Positions 63,788 to 64,000 of a DNA stretch of 64,000 nt are shown one piece after another. The translations under genes were made by a program, and so were the position numbers. This DNA comes from Mobula hypostoma (taxonomy: Eukaryota), in contig NC_086101.1 in the NCBI RefSeq assembly GCF_963921235.1, forward strand, positions 7,194,001 through 7,258,000. The letters are read 5' to 3'. The notes below the pieces were generated by a model. That model ran no database searches. It was not told the DNA's origin and saw only the letters and a list, made by a program, of their open reading frames with translations. Each line of letters opens with the position of its first letter. Within the stretch, counting starts at the first letter, position 1.

Positions 63788-64000
63788 AAAAAATCTGATT
63801 TCCTTACTGGTTAGAAATTTGTTATGTCTTACCCTTAAATATCCCGAAGGACTCTGCCACCACAGCTCGATGTGGCAAGAAATTGCAAAGTGACACTATG
63901 AAAACTGAAAATATTCCTCTTTTAAGTCTTCAGCCAGCACTTCCTCATTCCGAGACCATTCTGCAAACACATCCAGAGAGCGGCAGTTCTGTGGGTGAAA

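Larger units (their letters stand above)
61882..64000 (+). mobile_element. Tc1-like transposon fragmented by later insertions
   Basis: Starts TACACCCAGTGACCACTTTATTAGG. Resumes at 62952-63065 and again at about 63966, where it matches 4195-4222. Confidence 0.6.

Overview
Repeat-dense vertebrate genomic DNA, most likely from a cartilaginous fish (inferred from abundant CR1 LINEs with TTCTATGT-type tails, V-domain SINEs and Penelope elements). I found no intact host protein-coding gene. The host-derived content is a decayed minus-strand TRIM (RING/B-box/coiled-coil/B30.2) cluster. It has one reconstructable six-exon pseudogene (22005 to about 8360), a second partial copy, and five B30.2 (PRY-SPRY) exon remnants in total. 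Most of the rest is mobile DNA: a nearly intact full-length CR1 with an SGNH-esterase ORF1, many CR1 fragments, and RTE, L1-like, Rex1-like, Penelope, Tc1-like, SINE and solo-LTR pieces. The standout is a TSD-flanked Gypsy LTR element (33716-36979). Its RNase H/integrase region appears replaced, in frame with a truncated reverse transcriptase, by three non-contiguous intron-free fragments of a sarcomeric myosin heavy chain rod, and its leader carries a perfect 55-bp inverted repeat. Family assignments are from recalled motifs, not database searches, and boundaries of degenerate repeats are approximate.
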